Notes: generated from the letters alone by a model not told the origin. A DNA stretch of 64,000 nt from Pseudomonadota bacterium (GCA_043825875.1 JBDRRF010000051.1:32001-96000); one strand, 5' to 3'; numbered from the stretch's first letter, positions 40,436-50,562 are shown. Numbers and translations: made by a program.

Positions 40436-41296
40436 TTGGAAATCACAAAAGATATCAATTTATACATCTTGGGTGCAGGCAAAGTGGGCATGAGTATTGT
40501 TCAGGCATTTGCACAAAAAGGTTTTAAGGTTACAGCTATTGATATATCGGAAAACAATCTGAAAGACGGTTTGGACAAAATACAAAATAACCTGGATCAT
40601 TTGATCGGCAAAGGTAAATTTGAAAAGGATCAAAAAGAACTTATTCTGGGAAGAATAAAACAAAGCACAAACTTTGATGATCTTTCAAATGCCGATGTAG
40701 TAATAGAAGCTGTGTTTGAAGATATTGATCTTAAGAAAAAACTTTTTAAACAAATTGATAACTGTGTCATTTCCAAAGAAGCGCTTTTACTTACAAACAC
40801 ATCTTCACTTTCTATATCAGCTATTGCATCAGCAACAAAAAGGCCAGGGTTTGTTGCCGGAATGCATTTTTTCAACCCTGTGCCTGTAATGAAACTGGTT
40901 GAAATCGTAAGAGGTGTCGAAACGTTAGATGATACCGTAAAAAATATTCAAGAGCTTGCCAAGCTTTTAAATAAAACAACAATTATTTCAAAAGACAGCC
41001 CCGGTTTTATTGTTAACAGGCTGCTTAATGCACTGTTTGTAGAGGCATGCAGAATTGTAGAAGAAGGAGTTGGCACACCGCGCGATATTGATACCGGCTT
41101 AAAACTTGGGCTGGGCCATCCCAACGGGCCTTTTGAGTTAATTGATAATCTCGATGCTATCCCTTTAATAATAGAGGTATGTGAACATATGTCGCAAGAA
41201 CTGGGGCCCCGCTTTAAACCGCCTGTTTGGATAAAAAATTATGAAAAGGCGGGAAGAACAGGTAAGAGCAGTGGAAAAGGGATATATGAGTACTAG
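40436..41296 (+). CDS. 3-hydroxyacyl(butyryl)-CoA dehydrogenase
   Basis: GAGKVG, IEAVFED, TNTSSL, GMHFFNPVPVMKLVE, PGFIVNR; TTG start with AAGGAG RBS. Confidence 0.92.
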   Translation: MEITKDINLYILGAGKVGMSIVQAFAQKGFKVTAIDISENNLKDGLDKIQNNLDHLIGKGKFEKDQKELILGRIKQSTNFDDLSNADVVIEAVFEDIDLKKKLFKQIDNCVISKEALLLTNTSSLSISAIASATKRPGFVAGMHFFNPVPVMKLVEIVRGVETLDDTVKNIQELAKLLNKTTIISKDSPGFIVNRLLNALFVEACRIVEEGVGTPRDIDTGLKLGLGHPNGPFELIDNLDAIPLIIEVCEHMSQELGPRFKPPVWIKNYEKAGRTGKSSGKGIYEY

Positions 41297-41429
41297 GCAG
41301 CTTGTAATCGTAAAGCGAATATCTTAAGTTTTTTACGGTTCATATTTTGTACGAATTCCTTCTTTTGAGAAATACCTATGTAGAGGCCGGGTAACAAATG
41401 TACCTCTTTCATTGGGATATTAGTAAAAT

Positions 41430-41870
41430 TTAATTTGCATAATAATACCTTACGATTGCCATACCTAATGCAAAAAGGTAACCGTAAAAAAACGAATCAA
41501 TTCTTATTAAATCTTGCCCTCGTTTTTTTCTAAGTGCTCCTATCACTGACATAGAAATGCCAGCTAAAATGGGAGTAAAAACCAGACTCATTATTCTAAA
41601 GGATTTCTGGTGAATCAAAGAATGCCGGAACAAAAACAAGCTTAGCCCGCCAATTATTGCACCCCATAGAAGATAACCAATTGCAGCTAAGAAAGGATTC
41701 CGCTGCTTATTCCTGTTGAATGATTCAACAAGGCCACGAAAACCGAACTCAAATAGCCCTTCGCCTAATATTTGCAATAATACTTCACCAAATGTTCCAA
41801 CAAGGATTTCAAAAAGAACAGGAACAAATTCTACAATGCATTGTATGACTATTTCGAAAATAATTTCCAT
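41430..41870 (-). CDS. Hypothetical membrane protein (cassette-like)
   Basis: 146 aa with hydrophobic helices. Confidence 0.7.
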   Translation of the reverse strand: MEIIFEIVIQCIVEFVPVLFEILVGTFGEVLLQILGEGLFEFGFRGLVESFNRNKQRNPFLAAIGYLLWGAIIGGLSLFLFRHSLIHQKSFRIMSLVFTPILAGISMSVIGALRKKRGQDLIRIDSFFYGYLFALGMAIVRYYYAN

Positions 41871-41888
41871 TAATATTTAGGTGCTTTG

Positions 41889-41922
41889 CTTACGTGCATC
41901 GTTTTCGACCAGCGGGTTAGAT
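41889..41922 (-). mobile_element. attC-like half site
   Basis: Minus strand ATCTAAC-CCGCTGGTCGAAAACGATGCACGTAAG: perfect RYYYAAC core and a typical attC left arm 18 nt after the stop; the right arm is missing. Confidence 0.55.
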
Positions 41923-41940
41923 TCCAACACCATCATGATC

Positions 41941-42837
41941 TTACGTCGTACCAACCATGCGGACCACCTGCCACATGGCCGAGGGTTTCAGATCGAGGAT
42001 CTGAGAAACTTCAACGCAATTGGCGTAGCCACATTGCTCACAAACTGATGGGTTAACCACATCTCTACAGCATTGAAAGATTTTGTCTTTTGTGCCAAGT
42101 TCAATTTGAGGAATGGGCCGCTTCCAATCATTATTTCTCAAAGCTTTGTAGGCGGCTCGCGAAAGGACTATGGGATACCCCTCCTTCTTGAGTTGCCATA
42201 TGTTATCCAGGAGGTTTTTCCTTTCTTCTATCGAGATCCCGTGCATCTCCACAATTTCAGGCCAATGAGTCAAGAGATTGAATGAAATCCCTTTAAATAG
42301 TTTTGTATCAGTTACTTCTTTAATAAATCGTTGTAAGTGTTGAACATTGGCTTTGCTAAACGTAATTGATGCAAAAATATTCTTGGTTACAGCATTTCTG
42401 ACATTATTTAGCACAAGATCATATGAATCATTTCTAATCTGATCGTGTATATCTTTTGGGCCGTCAACAGTAACTATATAATTGCAGTTCTTGATTGATA
42501 ATGGTTTCGTTCCATTCGTGAAAATAAAAACTTCAAGAAATCCTGCGTCACGGGCAATACGAACAAGCTCCTCGAGATTATGGCCACCATCTTCCCAAAT
42601 CATAGGCTCTCCGCCCGTGAAATAGAGTGAGCGGTGACCACGGTGATAGGCATCAAGTATTGTTTTATTCGCCTGCTCAAAAGAAAAGTGATAACGGCCA
42701 GAGTTCTTGCTTTCACAATAGAAGCAGTTCAAATTACATTTATCCGTTATGACCATGCCAAAAAGATAAGGTAATTTTTGTCGGAGGATAAATGTTTTAA
42801 AGCCGTACCCTAACCAACTGGCAATTTTGCTGACCAT
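41941..42837 (-). CDS. Radical SAM protein with Cys-rich C-terminus (HpnH/DUF3463-like)
   Basis: CNLNCFYC, FTGGEP, FTNGT, C-terminal CC...CEQCGYANC; ATG overlaps the upstream stop (TAATG). Confidence 0.8.
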   Translation of the reverse strand: MVSKIASWLGYGFKTFILRQKLPYLFGMVITDKCNLNCFYCESKNSGRYHFSFEQANKTILDAYHRGHRSLYFTGGEPMIWEDGGHNLEELVRIARDAGFLEVFIFTNGTKPLSIKNCNYIVTVDGPKDIHDQIRNDSYDLVLNNVRNAVTKNIFASITFSKANVQHLQRFIKEVTDTKLFKGISFNLLTHWPEIVEMHGISIEERKNLLDNIWQLKKEGYPIVLSRAAYKALRNNDWKRPIPQIELGTKDKIFQCCRDVVNPSVCEQCGYANCVEVSQILDLKPSAMWQVVRMVGTT

Positions 42838-44123
42838 TAAAGAAACACCTCCAAAGGCCAAGGTTCACGTCGGCAAGAACCCCAAAGCTTATTAATGTAA
42901 TTGAGGCTGTATTCATTCTGAAGGCGATGAATCCAATATGCACCTGATTCTGTGACGTAATAACCGCCATTCTTTTTTCCTATCATGCCCGCCAGTTCAA
43001 GAGGTCTTAATACATTTAAAAAAACCGAATCAAGCGTGAAAGCATTTCCAAAGTGCTCCTGGAAATCGTCATATAGTATCTTCAATTCATAAACCCTCCA
43101 GTATAACCAATATGCCATTTCGACGCGCCTTTCAACCGGCATGGAAAGTACTATTGGTCTTTTATCTGGCAACGATAGCGCATATGCTCGAACATCGAAT
43201 GTATTCACGTAAAAATCAGTTCCAGTCATGGATGCGGCACTTGCTCCAAAGCCGACATAATGGTGCCGGGTTATTGAGCTGAATTTCTTTTTTGCCGGTT
43301 TCAGCCAACTCCATACAGCACATCGGTCATAACCTGACTGATAAGCATGGGACTGTGTAAGATCGAGCATAGATCGAATTGCATGGCTATCGGGCCGCTT
43401 GACTTGTCGTATCCGTAGCGATTGCCCCAGGTCTGAATAGGGGAAAGAGAAAAGTGGATAAGTACTGATCTGATCAACACCTTCTGCGATAACCGCCCTA
43501 AGATCTTTTTCCCAATCTTTGAGTGTTTGCCCAGGCAGGGCAAACATTAAGTCTGCATTGACCGAATCAAAGCCGATTTCTACTGCTCTTTTAAGTGAGT
43601 CGAGTGCTGTTTTACCATCGTGATTTCTGCCTATATTTTTCAAGATATGATCAGAGGTCGATTCAACGCCTACCGACAACATAGTAATGCCGATATCTTT
43701 CAGAGATTTAAGACACTCTGTTTCCATATTGCCGGGGTGCAGTTCAATGCAGATATCACACGATAAAGAAAAAGCGTTTTTAAGATGGTCCAAAATTCGG
43801 AGCAGCCCGTCAAGATTGACTGTTGGCGTACCTCCACCGATATATAAAGAAACAAATTCACAATTGTTCAAAGACTGTCTGTATATTTCAATTTCAGCAT
43901 GTACCGCCTGTTCATACTGTTCAAACAATGACTCATCGTATTCAACCCGGTTGTAAGGACAAAAAGAGCAGAGGTTCTTGCAAAATGGTACGTGCAGATA
44001 AAGTCCTGCTCGTTTGAGATTATCAGGCATTGCCGGCATAATAGAGCGCATGTGGAAACGATTCCATTGTCCGGTCACGATTTTTTGAAGTAGAGGTTTC
44101 CAGATGAACTTAGCAGGTAGCAT
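42837..44123 (-). CDS. HemN/HemW-like radical SAM protein
   Basis: LYLHVPFCKNLCSFCPY, YIGGGTPT, DLMFALPGQT, ISTYPL. Confidence 0.85.
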   Translation of the reverse strand: MLPAKFIWKPLLQKIVTGQWNRFHMRSIMPAMPDNLKRAGLYLHVPFCKNLCSFCPYNRVEYDESLFEQYEQAVHAEIEIYRQSLNNCEFVSLYIGGGTPTVNLDGLLRILDHLKNAFSLSCDICIELHPGNMETECLKSLKDIGITMLSVGVESTSDHILKNIGRNHDGKTALDSLKRAVEIGFDSVNADLMFALPGQTLKDWEKDLRAVIAEGVDQISTYPLFSFPYSDLGQSLRIRQVKRPDSHAIRSMLDLTQSHAYQSGYDRCAVWSWLKPAKKKFSSITRHHYVGFGASAASMTGTDFYVNTFDVRAYALSLPDKRPIVLSMPVERRVEMAYWLYWRVYELKILYDDFQEHFGNAFTLDSVFLNVLRPLELAGMIGKKNGGYYVTESGAYWIHRLQNEYSLNYINKLWGSCRREPWPLEVFL

Positions 44124-44136
44124 ATTAACTTTCTAT

Positions 44137-44230
44137 TCTCAACAAGGTTAAATTCAAGCGGGAAAGCAACAAAATGTTGCGAACTTAAAACCGCAATTTC
44201 CCAACTTTCAAGTACAGCTGTTGGTTAAGC
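44137..44230 (-). mobile_element. Degenerate attC-like site
   Basis: Minus strand GCTTAAC...GTTGAGA cores bracket an imperfect hairpin (GGGAAA/TTTCCC, TTGCG/CGCAA) between two co-oriented genes. Confidence 0.5.
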
Positions 44231-44245
44231 GAAGATACATAGAGG

Positions 44246-44569
44246 TTACTCAAAAATCATTTCCTTTTCGCCGTTTAATTTCCGGAAAAATGCCCACGTT
44301 GTTTTACCTTTAAGCCATGCTATCCATACCGATGTTTCATTATTTAGCTGATAAACGTCGTAAGCAATACCCGACCCTGCGTGACGAGTTGGCTTTCCAA
44401 CAAGCAAAAAGACTTCTTGCGTGGACATTCCTTTTTTCAATTTCTTAAATACTGATGCATCAATAGAGCATGGCTTGCCTGAAACGAGCTCAGAACTATT
44501 TTCGTCATAAGGTTGAGAATGCCAACAAAGAACAAAGATGCAGATTGCAAAAATTATTACTAATTTCAT
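44246..44569 (-). CDS. Hypothetical exported protein (SmpA/BamE-like motif)
   Basis: Signal-like N-terminus; 'LKKGMSTQEVFLLVGKP'. Confidence 0.6.
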   Translation of the reverse strand: MKLVIIFAICIFVLCWHSQPYDENSSELVSGKPCSIDASVFKKLKKGMSTQEVFLLVGKPTRHAGSGIAYDVYQLNNETSVWIAWLKGKTTWAFFRKLNGEKEMIFE

Positions 44570-44578
44570 TTTGAGGTC

Positions 44579-44652
44579 ACTTAAAGCTGGAGCTAAGACG
44601 CGGAAAATATGTCAGCATTTTTCTTGTCGCTTCTCCAGCAACTTTGATTAGT
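44579..44652 (-). mobile_element. Degenerate attC-like site
   Basis: GCTGGAG...CTCCAGC stem with an inner GAAAA/TTTTC stem and eroded cores (ACTAATC; TTTAAGT). Confidence 0.5.
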
Positions 44653-44672
44653 ATGATTACCATACTTAGTGT

Positions 44673-44909
44673 TTATGCATCTTTTAAGAAATTTTTTATT
44701 GATAGATACAAATATATAATCCCAAAAGATATTGACCCTAACCCGATTAAAACGTGGTATTTGCCAAGATCAACAACATCACGCATAAAGCTATAATATA
44801 ACCTGTCTGTATAAGTAGAAAGTCCAAAAACTATTAATGCTAAACCAATGCATATAGTGATAATGAGATCGTACCAATTATTAGAATATTTATTTCGGCT
44901 AAGTGACAT
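44673..44909 (-). CDS. Small 2-TM hypothetical protein
   Basis: 78 aa with two hydrophobic helices. Confidence 0.6.
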   Translation of the reverse strand: MSLSRNKYSNNWYDLIITICIGLALIVFGLSTYTDRLYYSFMRDVVDLGKYHVLIGLGSISFGIIYLYLSIKNFLKDA

Positions 44910-44980
44910 ATGGAATCAATATATTATTTTGCGGGGTTCGATGAATTCAGCAGATCGAACCCTGAGTGAAAATAACATGA

Positions 44981-45250
44981 TTATTTAATATTTGGTTTGT
45001 AATGCATTTGAACATGAGGCACCCCGGTACTCTTTGATAGAAATTCACCGCCACTACTTGTGAAGCCTTGTTTCTCGTAAAACTTTGTTGCCGTTGTGCG
45101 AGCATTAAGAATAATCTTTTTGCATCCAAGTTTTTCAGATAGTGCTACTAACTGTTTTAGTATCACTGTTCCGTAGCCTTTTCTTTGTTCTACATATAAT
45201 AATATAGTGAATAGTACTTTTTCAATACCGCAAAAGTCTATGATTATCAA
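44981..45250 (-). pseudogene. GNAT acetyltransferase, C-terminal fragment
   Basis: QRKGYG...LNAR..A.KFYEKQGF...VPHVQM (ElaA/YjcF-type C-half); the N-terminal half is absent and the start is TTG. Confidence 0.65.
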
Positions 45251-45352
45251 TATATATTCTTAGAAGGTTATGGCAATTGTCATAAATCTATTCCGTTTGT
45301 TCGAAATGACAAATACGTAACCAAATTTATGAAGCTATGTACTAAGGTGGTG

Positions 45353-46186
45353 CTAAAAATTAGCAGTAAAAAAGGGGTCTACTGTGGTTGGGTTTTTAAA
45401 ATAGGCTGATGGGCTCAATCCAGTGAAATGTTTAAAATCCATAATCATATGCGCCTGATCATAATAACCGGAGTCCAGTGCTGTTTCCAGCCAGGAACCT
45501 TCAGGGTTTTGAATTTTTCTTGAAAGGGCATTTTTAAATCTAAGATTCCGGCACAGCTGCTTTGGAGACAGACCAACTCTTTCTTTAAACTTTCGCTCCA
45601 GGTGGCGGCAGCTGACACCGACTGTTTTTGCAAGGTAATCTATAGTTATAAATCCTTTGTACAATTCAATAGCCTGAATAGCCGCAGAAACACTATCATC
45701 TTTCCGGTTGTTTTTCTTTAGTTGATGCAAAAAAAAGCGATCAAGATATTCAACCCGATCTTTCGATGTCAGACATGTATTGAAAAAACATTCCACCATA
45801 CTTGCGCCTTTTGCGTCCCACAATTCTTGTGTATCTGCAAGGCAATTGGTCAGTTCATGGGCGGGATAAGGGAAAAATGGGTATGCGCCACCGGGACGAA
45901 AGCACACTCCGAAGAATTCAATCCGGCCTTTTGCCCGCATCTTCATAGGCTTTGTCAACGGCCCGGAAATCGAAACGCTTTCAACTGTTTTCCCTGTTGA
46001 ATCTCCCATAGCGATCTCGATCGGATCTCCCAGATTGAAAGAAAGTTCTATTCCTTCAGTCAAAAATTGTTGGGAAGCATCCGATTGGGAAACATCCTGG
46101 GATGAACCACATGGAACCCTTAGCAACCAATAATAGCGGATGAATGTATCAAGGGCTTTATGAGGTTTGAAAATATCAAAATGCAT
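45353..46186 (-). CDS. AraC-family transcriptional regulator (DUF6597-type N-terminus)
   Basis: FGVCFRPGGA, RHLERKFKERVGLSPK, GYYDQAHMIMDFKHFTGLSP. Confidence 0.9.
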   Translation of the reverse strand: MHFDIFKPHKALDTFIRYYWLLRVPCGSSQDVSQSDASQQFLTEGIELSFNLGDPIEIAMGDSTGKTVESVSISGPLTKPMKMRAKGRIEFFGVCFRPGGAYPFFPYPAHELTNCLADTQELWDAKGASMVECFFNTCLTSKDRVEYLDRFFLHQLKKNNRKDDSVSAAIQAIELYKGFITIDYLAKTVGVSCRHLERKFKERVGLSPKQLCRNLRFKNALSRKIQNPEGSWLETALDSGYYDQAHMIMDFKHFTGLSPSAYFKNPTTVDPFFTANF

Positions 46187-46228
46187 ACTGCTGTTCTTTT
46201 CCCTTTTTTTAAAAATATTTGGCTGCGA

Positions 46229-46945
46229 TCATGAAGATTTTTGGGTATTTTTCCACATAGTCTTATTTCCCATATTTAACCAGATTGAGCAAATGAATTT
46301 GGGCTCGTGTTTGAATAAGAAATATGAATCAAGATTTTTGTTTAATGCTTCATCAATATTATTGTATTCCCGGGGCTTTCCGGCAACCGATTCCGAATAC
46401 AAAAGCATATCATTTGTTCTATCCCAATCGATTTGCCACGTTACTCCTGCCGGTTTAAAAAATGTCTCATAAGTCCTACGATCCAGTGTCGGATCTATGG
46501 ATACCCAGTGACCGTCTATCAGTACATTAGAAAAGCAATGGTAAAACGGATCTGAAAAGAAAACATATAACGGCCCCACGGATGGCTTTGTAAAAGAATT
46601 CCGAAGCGGATTTCCCATAAACTTTGATCGAACTTTTGCAGCCCTTAACAGGGATATCATCAAAAGATTTTTATTATAGCAAGCACCGTATCCTTTTAAA
46701 AGAGTTTCAGATGCCTTAACCTGCCAGTGGTCTCCTCCAAAAATAATTGTGTCTCTGACAAAAAGAAAAACTTTTTCGATTAGATCGTGTATATCGGTTG
46801 AATCACGAAGGAATTTATTTGAAAGCTCTGCAATGGCCGGGTGCGAATAATCACAATATGTCGTTTCGGCAAGATTATCATTTAGGATTTCATTTCTTTG
46901 CAAAATTTCAGTTTTGTTGATATTTTCAGTATTTTCCAACAACAT
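46229..46945 (-). CDS. Transglutaminase-like domain protein
   Basis: FVRDTI...KASETL.KGYGACYNK...LLRA, H...WVSIDPT catalytic triad; GGAGGTG RBS. Confidence 0.85.
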   Translation of the reverse strand: MLLENTENINKTEILQRNEILNDNLAETTYCDYSHPAIAELSNKFLRDSTDIHDLIEKVFLFVRDTIIFGGDHWQVKASETLLKGYGACYNKNLLMISLLRAAKVRSKFMGNPLRNSFTKPSVGPLYVFFSDPFYHCFSNVLIDGHWVSIDPTLDRRTYETFFKPAGVTWQIDWDRTNDMLLYSESVAGKPREYNNIDEALNKNLDSYFLFKHEPKFICSIWLNMGNKTMWKNTQKSS

Positions 46946-47175
46946 GACTTCACCTCCTTGTTCAATTGCATAGGCGGGTTTATGAAAAACTATCTTATGT
47001 GATAATTTAGCATACAACACCGGCAATATAGAGGAATGTATAACGGTTGTATTGGAAAAATGCGACAAATACGTATTTCAAGTATTTCTTATAGAAACTT
47101 TACTATATTTATCTATAACTCTACCCGTTAAATCTGAGGTATCAGCAACACGTATTGGATAAATACACTTCAATC

Positions 47176-47424
47176 TTAAGGAAGCTTTGGGAGCTTATTC
47201 AGAGCCTTCACAAATCTTTCCCGGTTAAACGGTTTTTGCTTTTTGAGGACATCAAAAATCTCTGAAGCAACAACACTTCCAATAAGTTTCTTTGCATCTT
47301 CTTCAGAATACCCTTCGGATACCAAACGATCAAAAGTTTGCCGTGTCTCAGGCGGTTCATTAGCTTTAAGCTGATTATCCACAACCTCTAAAATTACTGA
47401 TTGCAAATGAGGATTTTTTTTCAT
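47176..47424 (-). CDS. Small conserved hypothetical protein
   Basis: 82 aa 'EVVDNQL.ANEPPET.QTFDRL..EGYSEEDAKKLI'; AAGGAG RBS. Confidence 0.75.
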   Translation of the reverse strand: MKKNPHLQSVILEVVDNQLKANEPPETRQTFDRLVSEGYSEEDAKKLIGSVVASEIFDVLKKQKPFNRERFVKALNKLPKLP

Positions 47425-47491
47425 ATTTTCTCCTTTCGTCCAATTCCAGGTTAATCGCGCTCTTCAGCCACAACATCCGATGTATTTGGGG

Positions 47492-47986
47492 TTAGTACCC
47501 CTTTTGTTTCTGGCGTAATATCATCCAGAAAAAAATGAGACCACCAACCGTAATAGCAATATCGGCAATGTTGAATATGCCTGTGCGAACAGGACCTATG
47601 CCAACATTTAAGAAATCTACTACCAAACCGCCACGAGTCACACGGTCAAATAGGTTGCCAACTCCACCTGCTAAAAGAAGTGTAACACCCAACAACAAGG
47701 ATGAATGCTGCTGTTTAGATAAAAAAACATAAATCAACACAATGAGCAATAAACAACTAACACCAATTGTGAAAACACCCACCCGCCAAGCCTCCGGCAA
47801 GGAAGATCCCATGCTCAGGAATACACCACGATTATAAACGAGTTGCAACCTTACTGTGTCACATAGATATGACAATGGTTTATCTACTGGCAGATCTGAC
47901 ACGGCTATTGATTTTGTAACTTGATCACAGCCGACACAGGAAACTAATACTACAATAATCAAAATGGCTCGTTTTACTATGCTCAT
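47492..47986 (-). CDS. lspA: Lipoprotein signal peptidase II paralog
   Basis: DQVTK, N.GVFLS, GGVGNLFDR, VVDF, FNIAD. Confidence 0.88.
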   Translation of the reverse strand: MSIVKRAILIIVVLVSCVGCDQVTKSIAVSDLPVDKPLSYLCDTVRLQLVYNRGVFLSMGSSLPEAWRVGVFTIGVSCLLLIVLIYVFLSKQQHSSLLLGVTLLLAGGVGNLFDRVTRGGLVVDFLNVGIGPVRTGIFNIADIAITVGGLIFFWMILRQKQKGY

Positions 47987-48020
47987 AAAATGTATCTTGC
48001 TCCGAAGCACTAATGTCTTT

Positions 48021-49184
48021 TCATTCAGGCAAATGCCCGCAATCCCTCCACCCCAGTACTTGTATTCCTTTGTGCTGATAGGATTCATCTCCAGCGAAAA
48101 TCAACGCGGGTGCGCCGGCTTTGTCTCCGGCCAGGGCGCACCATTTATGAAGTCCGGCAAAGGCTTCATTTGTCAGGGTGCGGCCCGACTTGATCTCAAC
48201 CGGGATCAGCCGGGTTCCCTGCTCAACAAGGAGATCAACCTCGTTGCCGTTGCTGTCCCGCCAGAATGAAAAAACCGGCTTTTCACCTTGGTTCAATTTT
48301 GATTTGATCAGCTCCGATATGATAAATGTCTCAAAAATACTGCCCCGCAAAGGATGGGTTATCATTTGCTCGGTTGTCCGGATTCCCAGAAGCCAGGATA
48401 CCAGGCCCACATCATAGAAATACAGTTTGGGCATCTTTACCATTCGCTTGTTAAAACTGACATGATGGGGGCGTAGAAGAAAGACTAAATAACTGGCTTC
48501 CAGAACAGATATCCATGATTTTGCAGTATTGTGTGTGATACCGCATTCAGTTGCCAGGGAAGACAGATTCAGCAACTGTCCCGTCCTGCCCGCACATAGC
48601 CTGACAAAACGCTGGAACGTTTCCAGATCCTGAATTTTGAGCATTTGCCTGACATCCCGTTCCACATAGGCCGTTACATAAGCGCTGTACCAGGCCGCGG
48701 GCGCCAATCCGCGATCATAGATCGGTGGATAGCAGCCGGTTAGCATCATGGCATCTATGTCATTTGGTAACTTTTTCGCAAGGGCCAGTTCCGGCACGGA
48801 AAAGGGAAGTAATTCCACAAAAGCGGTTCGTCCTGCAAGAGATTGCGTAATACCGGACATCAAACCGAACTGCTGTGACCCTGTCAATATAAACAGACCC
48901 ATTCGGCGATCCTTATCCACCAGGGTTTGAAGATAAGACAAAATTTCCGGACACCGCTGCACTTCATCCAGAACTGCGCCGTCAGGAAACCGTGCGAGAA
49001 AAGAACGGGGGTCTTCATTAGCGGCCTGCCGCAGATCCGGCTCTTCCAGGGACGCATATGGATGATTTCCAAAAACCGCCCTGGCAAGGGTTGTCTTGCC
49101 CGACTGACGTGGTCCTGTCAGGGTAACAATGGGAAATCCACCCAGCAGGTTTTCAATTGTTTCTTTTACATTTCGATGGATCAT
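48021..49184 (-). CDS. AAA_14 ATPase with DUF4143 domain
   Basis: GPRQSGKTT, LDEVQR, LTGSQ, SLAGR, PKLYFYDVG, EVDL...EIKSG. Confidence 0.9.
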   Translation of the reverse strand: MIHRNVKETIENLLGGFPIVTLTGPRQSGKTTLARAVFGNHPYASLEEPDLRQAANEDPRSFLARFPDGAVLDEVQRCPEILSYLQTLVDKDRRMGLFILTGSQQFGLMSGITQSLAGRTAFVELLPFSVPELALAKKLPNDIDAMMLTGCYPPIYDRGLAPAAWYSAYVTAYVERDVRQMLKIQDLETFQRFVRLCAGRTGQLLNLSSLATECGITHNTAKSWISVLEASYLVFLLRPHHVSFNKRMVKMPKLYFYDVGLVSWLLGIRTTEQMITHPLRGSIFETFIISELIKSKLNQGEKPVFSFWRDSNGNEVDLLVEQGTRLIPVEIKSGRTLTNEAFAGLHKWCALAGDKAGAPALIFAGDESYQHKGIQVLGWRDCGHLPE

Positions 49185-49260
49185 GGCAATAGGGTAACAG
49201 AATTTTATGTAAATTGTCAATTACTTTTACAGATTGCATGGAAAATACGTTTAGGTTAAG

Positions 49261-49305
49261 GTTCACGATTAAATCACCCGGAGCGGTGTATTGATTTTGT
49301 TATGT
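49261..49305 (-). mobile_element. Shortened attC-like site
   Basis: Minus strand ACATAAC-AAAATCAATACACCG-CT-CCGGGTGATTT-AATCGTGAAC: arms pair (AAATCA..CACC / GGTGATTT) with the centre collapsed. Confidence 0.55.
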
Positions 49306-49386
49306 GATTTATTCATGTCAGAAAAGTTGAGCATGCCAGGCTTCGCGAGGTTATGGGTAGTGTTCTTCGCATTATATCTTTAATAC

Positions 49387-50370
49387 TCATAATATCCTCC
49401 TCGTCTTGACTACTTTGATTATCATCCAATTTCCATCAGGTTTCTGTTTATGTATCTCCAACCATATTGTGGTTTCATCCTCTCTGGGAGCTTCTTTTTC
49501 TATTACCAATTCATCGTTGCCACAGCCGTCAAAATCTAACATACCGTATGTTTCCATATACCCCGCCACTAAATCCCCTTCTTCATAATTTGTTGTCACG
49601 ATATGCATGTTATCTTTTGTTGCACTAAATATTATATGAAAATGATAAGAAGTTTCGGCGCCTTTAAACCCATACTGATATTCACCTATGTACAACTCAT
49701 GGTTTTGATAAGATATTTTATCGAGAATCCATAAATTTTCTTTGAATAATTCCATTTCTCGAATTTTATATTTTGCAAATCCTTTTCTATTTATAAGCAA
49801 CGGTAATAGTTTTTCTTTGGCCAGCTTTGCTATTTTATCTACTTCTTCCTGCGGTATTGCAGTGTAAACGTTTTTCTTTACTTCTTTATATTCTTCCGGT
49901 ACAGCCAGACACTTTGTTGCGCTTGCCAATAGGCGGGGGTACATAATTTCTGGCCAATAATATGCCGGGCCTTCTTTGATGTTCTTTGTGAAATATGCTT
50001 CATCGCAAACAAATGTAGCGTTTTCTTTGTCAAAAGTTATAGCTTTTTTAAATCTTAAATTATATTTTATCCCTATAACTTCCCCACCTAAAATTATTAT
50101 ATTTTTTTTATTACCTCCGGATAACGTGTTTAATTTTGATATCCCAAATTTTTTTACGAAATCTTTAGAACTGTAAATATTTTTATTGTACACGACAAAA
50201 TATTTCATAAATCCAACTCTATCACTTCCATCTTTTAGCCGCCCTATTAACGAAGCATACATATATATCCCGTCAGGAAGTTTTATTTTTACATTTTCAG
50301 CTGCTGATAATGGTATTGTAAATAATACAGACACGGCAAACAGGCCAATTACCAAATATTTTTTTATCAT
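49387..50370 (-). CDS. Hypothetical exported protein
   Basis: Signal peptide; C-terminal DFDGCGNDEL (FG-GAP-like) motif. Confidence 0.7.
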   Translation of the reverse strand: MIKKYLVIGLFAVSVLFTIPLSAAENVKIKLPDGIYMYASLIGRLKDGSDRVGFMKYFVVYNKNIYSSKDFVKKFGISKLNTLSGGNKKNIIILGGEVIGIKYNLRFKKAITFDKENATFVCDEAYFTKNIKEGPAYYWPEIMYPRLLASATKCLAVPEEYKEVKKNVYTAIPQEEVDKIAKLAKEKLLPLLINRKGFAKYKIREMELFKENLWILDKISYQNHELYIGEYQYGFKGAETSYHFHIIFSATKDNMHIVTTNYEEGDLVAGYMETYGMLDFDGCGNDELVIEKEAPREDETTIWLEIHKQKPDGNWMIIKVVKTRRIL

Positions 50371-50562
50371 ATCAATACCCTCTGGAAATATAACAAGTTA
50401 TTGAACAGTTTCTGTTCAATTCCGATGATGCCTGTTCCGGTTCCCCTTCTGACGAGGTTTGATACAATTATCAGAAAAAATACCGGAACGATTTACGCTA
50501 TCGTATATAAATAAAAAGAGTAGAAACGGAGAAGATTTATAGCTTCGTTGGAATAACACTTT

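Noticed and set aside
45308..47075. 12-bp direct repeat GACAAATACGTA flanking araC-transglutaminase
   Set aside because: Short, AT-rich, and partly explained by unrelated motifs; insufficient as an insertion signature.
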